Part shown: piece after piece, positions 58,691 through 64,000 of the stretch
Numbering within the stretch: position 1 is the stretch's first letter
How the letters are laid out: every line of letters begins with the position of its first letter
Source of the DNA: a virus
Reading direction: 5' to 3' (one strand)
Virus record (IMG/VR): IMGVR_UViG_3300032313_001035
DNA: 64,000 nucleotides
Position numbers and translations under genes: made by a program
The notes under the pieces: model-generated
The model's database searches: none
Told to the model about the DNA's origin: nothing
What the model saw: only the letters and a program-made list of their open reading frames with translations

Positions 58691-59104
58691 TTATCTGGAA
58701 ATTGTAGCTTTTAAATTTTGAGTTGCTTGATCAACAGCTTTCAACGATTCTTCGTTGCGTTTTTTCATATAGTTAGTGAGTTTGGGTATTATTTTTTTGT
58801 CACCTTCTTCTTTGGTTTTTTTGAGCACTCCTTTAGCTCTATTACTGGGAGTGACTTTTTTATAAAACGGTAATTGATCGTAACTATCAATAACTTCATC
58901 AGCCGCCTTATCGATATTTAATTTGTAAGGTTTAACTGCTTCTAGAGCAATTTCTGTATCATCAATATTCAATATGATTTTTTTACCATTACTAGTGAAT
59001 GGTATTTTTTTCTCATTCAAAAACATTTTCACTTTCAATAAAGCATCGATCTTATCTTCATTGACGGGATCATATTCTTCGAGAACATCTAAAAATTTAC
59101 TCAT
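58691..59104 (-). CDS. Hypothetical late protein
   Basis: TAAATA-N5-ATG at 59104. Confidence 0.7.
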   Translation of the reverse strand: MSKFLDVLEEYDPVNEDKIDALLKVKMFLNEKKIPFTSNGKKIILNIDDTEIALEAVKPYKLNIDKAADEVIDSYDQLPFYKKVTPSNRAKGVLKKTKEEGDKKIIPKLTNYMKKRNEESLKAVDQATQNLKATISR

Positions 59105-59118
59105 ATGATTATTTATCA

Positions 59119-59661
59119 TTAATGATTGAAAATCACCATTTTGTTGGCGATGTTTTGGAAATACGATTCGTTCAAAAAGGTCAATCCTTCTTTCTCCAAA
59201 TACTTGGATATCTTTTTAAAAGATGGTATTTTATTAGATTGAAATATGAGATCCAATCCCGAAAGTATTTTCGCATCTTTTTCATTTATTCTTTTGCGAA
59301 ACTCATCATAATCGTAATTTTCTTTCCACACTTTAACTTTGAAAATGCGTTCTACCTTGGATAAAAGTTGATTTCTAAACTTATCCTTCGTTAGATTATT
59401 AGAAAAAAATACAATGTTCAGATGATTTCTTGATTTCAAAAACTCGCAAAATGTCTTGATGAACTCATGAGTATAGAACTTTTTGTTGTTTTTATTGGAA
59501 AAATTAAAATCTACCAATAGCCCCATTTGCTCCAATAATAGAGCGAAATTTCGATTAGTTTCCATAAAAACTGTATCGATATCGATCACTAAATCATCGC
59601 ATTGCTCAATCATTGTTTGTTTTATCTGAACAATTAATACCACACGGAACAGATTTGTCAA
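59119..59661 (-). CDS. Hypothetical protein (start uncertain)
   Basis: 180-aa ORF. Confidence 0.6.
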   Translation of the reverse strand: MTNLFRVVLIVQIKQTMIEQCDDLVIDIDTVFMETNRNFALLLEQMGLLVDFNFSNKNNKKFYTHEFIKTFCEFLKSRNHLNIVFFSNNLTKDKFRNQLLSKVERIFKVKVWKENYDYDEFRKRINEKDAKILSGLDLIFQSNKIPSFKKISKYLEKEGLTFLNESYFQNIANKMVIFNH

Positions 59662-59662
59662 C

Positions 59663-60106
59663 TCACATTGAATATTTTGAACTTAAATCAACATTCTTCG
59701 GTGGATTATTCAGCCGAACATTGATGATCTCATTGTAGTAGTCGTCACGGAAAATGACATTCTCTTTCATTTGGTAGTAGAGTTCTGCATATGCGACTTC
59801 CCATTTGCTGCCACAGATTGCGAGTATTTGCCTCGTAAAGCTCTGCTTGCCGTATTTCTCGATGTCCTCCTTCAGTTTGTTGGAAGAGCCGTAGTAGGTC
59901 TCGTAATCGCTCTTAACGTGGTCGATACGATTCCGTTTCTTGCCTTTGAGTGGTTTGCGTTTGATTCTAGACCAGAACTGCTTCTTGCCGATATACTTCT
60001 TCCCTGTGACGGTGTTGGTTATCAGGTAGACAAAAGCGTAATGAGTATCTTTGTCCAGATTTTCTGGAAGATTTTGCCACGGTGGGTCGATGATAGTGTC
60101 ACTCAT
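59663..60106 (-). CDS. GIY-YIG endonuclease-family protein
   Basis: AFVYLITN.VTGKKYIGKK, YYGSS, YYN. Confidence 0.8.
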   Translation of the reverse strand: MSDTIIDPPWQNLPENLDKDTHYAFVYLITNTVTGKKYIGKKQFWSRIKRKPLKGKKRNRIDHVKSDYETYYGSSNKLKEDIEKYGKQSFTRQILAICGSKWEVAYAELYYQMKENVIFRDDYYNEIINVRLNNPPKNVDLSSKYSM

Positions 60107-60124
60107 TTGCGGTTACTTAGCTGA

Positions 60125-60490
60125 TGGAAGCTGAAAAATCCATTTTTTTGCGATTTTTTGCTTGCTTTTTCGATTTTTGCATTTATATTTAATTATAATT
60201 AACTATAACATAATCTATAAACTATAACTTATATATTATAATATTAATAAAATAATAATATAATATTAATGAAAAATGCATTGTTTTTATATATTTGTTC
60301 TGTTGTTATATTTTATTATGTTAACAACTATTAATTATAACAATATCTAATTTATATTAAAATAATAAGAAAATTAATTATCGCTATTGACAAATCGAAA
60401 ATCCATGTTAAATTATGGGTGGGGGGTGGGAATAGATTATTAATATATAATAATATATAGTTAAATTTAAACGCGAAAAAAATGAAAACG
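60125..60490. other. Extremely AT-rich non-coding region with an embedded G-tract; origin candidate
   Basis: ~365 bp without an ORF; GGGTGGGGGGTGGG at 60417-60430; TTGACA at 60387. Confidence 0.5.
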
Positions 60491-60727
60491 TCAACCAATC
60501 GAGCCGTCCCAAGTGGACAATCTTCTCTTTTTACCAGATTTCTTGCCAGTCTTCAACCTACCTTTTCGAGTGGTGATGCCGAGACCATATGGATTTCTCA
60601 TGTCACCTGGTGCGTATGAATCTTTATTTTCGATTCCTACTGGCGTAGGAACATCACCATATACATCACCAGCAGTCATTTCCTCGTAAATTTTCAAAAT
60701 TTCAATTTCGTCACTTGACTTTCTCAT
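60491..60727 (-). CDS. Small hypothetical late protein
   Basis: TAAATA-N5-ATG at 60727; DSYAPGDMRNP. Confidence 0.7.
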   Translation of the reverse strand: MRKSSDEIEILKIYEEMTAGDVYGDVPTPVGIENKDSYAPGDMRNPYGLGITTRKGRLKTGKKSGKKRRLSTWDGSIG

Positions 60728-60753
60728 AATAGTATTTATCATAATAAGACAGT

Positions 60754-61149
60754 ATGGAACAGCTTAAAAAGTATCAACAACAGTATCAAGAGTTTTGCGG
60801 CATTGATGATTTTAATCTCGAAGATAGAGCTAAACGTGTTCCAGCCGAAAAACATTTTTGGGTATGTCGATTGATTGATGCCAAAATCGAAATGGATAAT
60901 CTCAATAAAATGAAAACGACCCATCGTAATGTTCTCAAACAAAAGATTATCACCGAATCACCAATAGCATTGAATGAACAGGTTTTGAGCACACAGGTTG
61001 ATAAATCACCTTCGATGGACACTATCAATCAAAAAATCAAAGAACAAGCGTTTATTATTGAGTATTTGGAAAAGCTAGTGAATCAAATAACTTTTATTGG
61101 TAATGATATTAAAAATATTATCGCTGTTAAAACTCTGCAAGAACAATGA
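60754..61149 (+). CDS. uvsY: Recombination mediator
   Basis: Helical 131 aa with C-terminal IEYLE...DIKNII; directly upstream of uvsW. Confidence 0.75.
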   Translation: MEQLKKYQQQYQEFCGIDDFNLEDRAKRVPAEKHFWVCRLIDAKIEMDNLNKMKTTHRNVLKQKIITESPIALNEQVLSTQVDKSPSMDTINQKIKEQAFIIEYLEKLVNQITFIGNDIKNIIAVKTLQEQ

Positions 61150-62555
61150 TAACATTGGATTACAAACCTTCTCGACGAATGGGTCAAGTTATCACTGATA
61201 GTGATACACTTGGAATTTTACGTAACCATTTTTCTGTAAAAAATGACGGCGCAGTATTTGCCAAACGTAAAGGTCAGAGATTTGTAAAAGATAGGAAGTA
61301 TGTCATAACACCAACTGGATTGTTCGATTTTGGCTTCTATGGTGAAATTATGAAATACCTTAGAGACCAACAGATCACCGATATTCAAATGACAGATGAC
61401 TTTAAAAAAAGATTAATCTGTGGAAAGAAAGTTGAATTTTGGGATGATCTCAAATACACTGCACGATACTATCAAAAAGATTCTATTTTGGATGGTTTGA
61501 AAAGAGGTTATGGTATTTTTCTACTCGCCACAGGTGCTGGTAAATCACTGGCACAGGCACTGTTAATTGAGAATTATTTGAGAAATTTTGATCGTCCCAA
61601 CTTTAAATGTTTGGTGATTGTTCCGGGTTTATCACTAGTGGAACAGTTGCAAAAAGATTTCAAAGAGTATGAAGTGACGTTCACATATTCTGGATGGACG
61701 GGTGATAACCCTTTGCAGGATACACAAGTTGTTATTTGCAATACACAGAATTTGAATAGTAAATTTTTGGAAAACGATTGGTTGATCGATGTTGATCTTT
61801 TGATTACTGATGAAGCACATGGAGTTAATAGTGATTCCAATCTTTCTAAAATTATTAACAAAATCCATACACCAAATAAATTTGGATTTACTGGAACTTT
61901 ATCAGATAAATTGATAGATAGATGGAAAACCATCGGTATATTTGGTCCTGTTATTTATGAAAAATCTTCTAAAGAGTTGAGAGATGAGAATTTCTTATCA
62001 AATGTTGAAGTTCATGTGATCAAACTACTACACCAAAACCCTCATAAATTTAAATATAAGCAAGAATTGGAATATTTATATGAAAACGAAAAAAGGAACC
62101 AACTTATTGGTAAACTTGTTGACAAACTTGAGAACAATATTCTTATCATGGTTAATCATCTTAATCATGGAGATAATTTACTATCTGTATTGTCTGATAG
62201 ATTTTGTGGACGTGTATTTTTTGTCAAAGGTGAAATGGCGGTCGAAGAAAGATTGAAAATCATACAGATGATGGAAGATCGAAATGATATCATTTGCATT
62301 GCAATGTCTTCTATATTTTCCACGGGTATTAACATCAAAAATCTCCCTAATATTTTATTTGTAGGGTTGGGTAAAAGTTATATCAGAGTGGTGCAATCAA
62401 TCGGTAGGGGTCTTCGTCTACACGAAAATAAACACAAACTTAGAATTTTCGATGTTTGTGACAACACGAGATACTCAACCTCTCATGCGGAATATCGTCA
62501 AAATATTTACAGTGATGAAGAAATCCAATGGAAGGAGAAAACTATTAATTTATGA
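61146..62555 (+). CDS. uvsW: SF2 DNA helicase
   Basis: ATGAGKS, DEAH, GFTGT, FSTGINI.NL, QSIGRGLR. Confidence 0.93.
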   Translation: MITLDYKPSRRMGQVITDSDTLGILRNHFSVKNDGAVFAKRKGQRFVKDRKYVITPTGLFDFGFYGEIMKYLRDQQITDIQMTDDFKKRLICGKKVEFWDDLKYTARYYQKDSILDGLKRGYGIFLLATGAGKSLAQALLIENYLRNFDRPNFKCLVIVPGLSLVEQLQKDFKEYEVTFTYSGWTGDNPLQDTQVVICNTQNLNSKFLENDWLIDVDLLITDEAHGVNSDSNLSKIINKIHTPNKFGFTGTLSDKLIDRWKTIGIFGPVIYEKSSKELRDENFLSNVEVHVIKLLHQNPHKFKYKQELEYLYENEKRNQLIGKLVDKLENNILIMVNHLNHGDNLLSVLSDRFCGRVFFVKGEMAVEERLKIIQMMEDRNDIICIAMSSIFSTGINIKNLPNILFVGLGKSYIRVVQSIGRGLRLHENKHKLRIFDVCDNTRYSTSHAEYRQNIYSDEEIQWKEKTINL

Positions 62556-62998
62556 ATAAAGAATTGAAAGAACGTTATTATGTGAGCTCGAAAGAGTTTC
62601 GGAAATTATTGACCGAATATTATGGAAATGATAAAATGACAAATGACTTGGCGATGAATATTGTCAAAATCGCTGAAGGATTATCATATAATCATCGCTT
62701 CATTAGATATTCTAAAAGCTGGAAAGAAGAAATGGTCGGTGATGCTATAGTCAAAATGTATCATGCTTTAGAGAAAAAGTTATATAACATTGAATCTGAT
62801 TTCAACCCATTCTCATATTTTAATAGAATTGCATGGAACGCATTTACCAATAGAATTAATAAAGAAAAAGGTCAACACGATGGCTTGAACGAGTATAGAG
62901 ACATGGTTTATATGGACACTATGTCTGGTCCTGACTCTATGGGACACGTTTACGTCAAACCGATTATCGAAGGTGACGAATATGACGATGAATTTTGA
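62552..62998 (+). CDS. gp55: Late-transcription sigma factor
   Basis: YYVS.KEF, KIAEGLS...F..Y, EEMVGDA, NPFSYF.RIAWNAF..RI.KEK. Confidence 0.9.
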   Translation: MNKELKERYYVSSKEFRKLLTEYYGNDKMTNDLAMNIVKIAEGLSYNHRFIRYSKSWKEEMVGDAIVKMYHALEKKLYNIESDFNPFSYFNRIAWNAFTNRINKEKGQHDGLNEYRDMVYMDTMSGPDSMGHVYVKPIIEGDEYDDEF

Positions 62999-63143
62999 GC
63001 ATATAGTAATTTCTATAGCAGCGGTATTGTATTTTACAGTCGGTGTGGTATACTGTCTCAAACAACAATGGGCATGGGGACTCACATGGTTCTGTTATGC
63101 GTTCGCCAATGTTGGTTTAATCCTAGCATCTAAACACATTTAA
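62988..63143 (+). CDS. Small membrane protein (51 aa)
   Basis: MNFEHIVISIAAVLYFTVGVVY...WFCYAFANVGLILASKHI; read manually, below track cutoff. Confidence 0.65.
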   Translation: MNFEHIVISIAAVLYFTVGVVYCLKQQWAWGLTWFCYAFANVGLILASKHI

Positions 63144-63186
63144 TTGAATGTGTTGAAACAATAACATACAAATCCTTACACAACAC

Positions 63187-64000
63187 ATGATAAAAAAAAC
63201 AAAGACTGCAATATTCTCAGACCTTCATCTAGGACTGTATGGTAACTCCTCGGATTGGCATACGGTCGCATTAAATTGGGCAGACTGGATTGTATCTGAT
63301 TTGAAAAGTAAAAAAATTCAAGATGTATTTTTTCTTGGTGATTTTTTCCACAATCGAAGCGAAATCTCGGTTCAAACTATTCATGTTGCATCAGAATTGA
63401 TTTCCAAATTCAAAGATTTTAATATGTTCATGATCGTGGGTAATCACGATGCATATTACAAAAATCGTTCTGATGTGCATAGTTTGGGGTTTCTAAAAGG
63501 ACATGACAACATTACAATTGTTGATGAGAACTTAACGGTCGATGCATTTGGTAAAAAATTATTATTTGTTCCTTGGAATCACGAATTACCAGATGGTAAA
63601 TTTGATTATATCTTCGGTCATTTTGAGATACAAACATTCAAAATGAATAACTTCAAAGTATGCGATCACGGTTTGCAAGTTATAGATTTATTGGGCGCTA
63701 GAACCAACACCGTGTTTTCAGGACACTTTCATCTTAAAAGCACTAAGAAATATAATGAGGGTTGTATTCATTATGTTGGCAACACATTTCATCATGATTT
63801 CAATGACTCTGGTGATGCCAAAGGATATCATATTCTAAACTTAGAGACTGGTGATTTAGAATTTGTCGAGAACACTGTATCCCCACGGTTTGTCAAAATC
63901 TTATTATCCAAAATTAAAAATTACAAAGCCGAAGATATCAAAGGTAACATTGTCAAACTAATCATTGACAAAGATATTGATGATGATAAAGTAAACAAAT
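63187..64000 (+). CDS. gp47: Recombination nuclease, Mre11/SbcD-like (partial)
   Basis: FSDLHLG, LGDFFH, VGNHD, FGHFE, SGHFH; runs off the window end. Confidence 0.92.
   Translation, partial: MIKKTKTAIFSDLHLGLYGNSSDWHTVALNWADWIVSDLKSKKIQDVFFLGDFFHNRSEISVQTIHVASELISKFKDFNMFMIVGNHDAYYKNRSDVHSLGFLKGHDNITIVDENLTVDAFGKKLLFVPWNHELPDGKFDYIFGHFEIQTFKMNNFKVCDHGLQVIDLLGARTNTVFSGHFHLKSTKKYNEGCIHYVGNTFHHDFNDSGDAKGYHILNLETGDLEFVENTVSPRFVKILLSKIKNYKAEDIKGNIVKLIIDKDIDDDKVNK

Noticed and set aside
5766-64000. Stop-codon reassignment
   Set aside because: Core genes are full length under the standard bacterial code with high coding density.

Overview
This window is part of a large, AT-rich, T4-like myovirus genome. 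It carries gp23, gp22, gp21, gp20, gp13, gp15, gp4, a split gp5, gp55, uvsW, uvsY, gp47, gp62, nrdAB, thyX, phoH, mazG, clpP and an approximately 12 kb sugar-biosynthesis/glycosyltransferase cluster. The most unusual part is 1-5600, a visibly more GC-rich, strictly co-oriented array of 17 complete short ORFs plus one tRNA. Every unit begins with the same motif, TAAAAACCAC(A/C)T-TAnnnT, with the ATG usually 6-13 nt later. I count 19 tandem copies plus an inverted and a variant copy at the array end. In 9 cases the TAA of the motif is the stop codon of the preceding gene. The array closes with a UUCG terminator, G-tracts and three ~44-bp tandem repeats. Other observations: (i) at least 20 genes have a T4-type late promoter TAAATA exactly 5 nt before the start codon and no Shine-Dalgarno, implying leaderless expression; (ii) a set of late-expressed enzymes (two ADP-ribosyltransferase-like proteins, a CCA-adding enzyme, PcfJ-like, zincin-like and retropepsin-like proteins, a histone-like protein) carry N-termini resembling the T4 capsid-targeting sequence, suggesting a virion-packaged effector payload; (iii) an ArfA-like ribosome-rescue motif is fused to a probable prohead core protein. 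All calls come from reading motifs by eye; no searches were run and the host is not determined.
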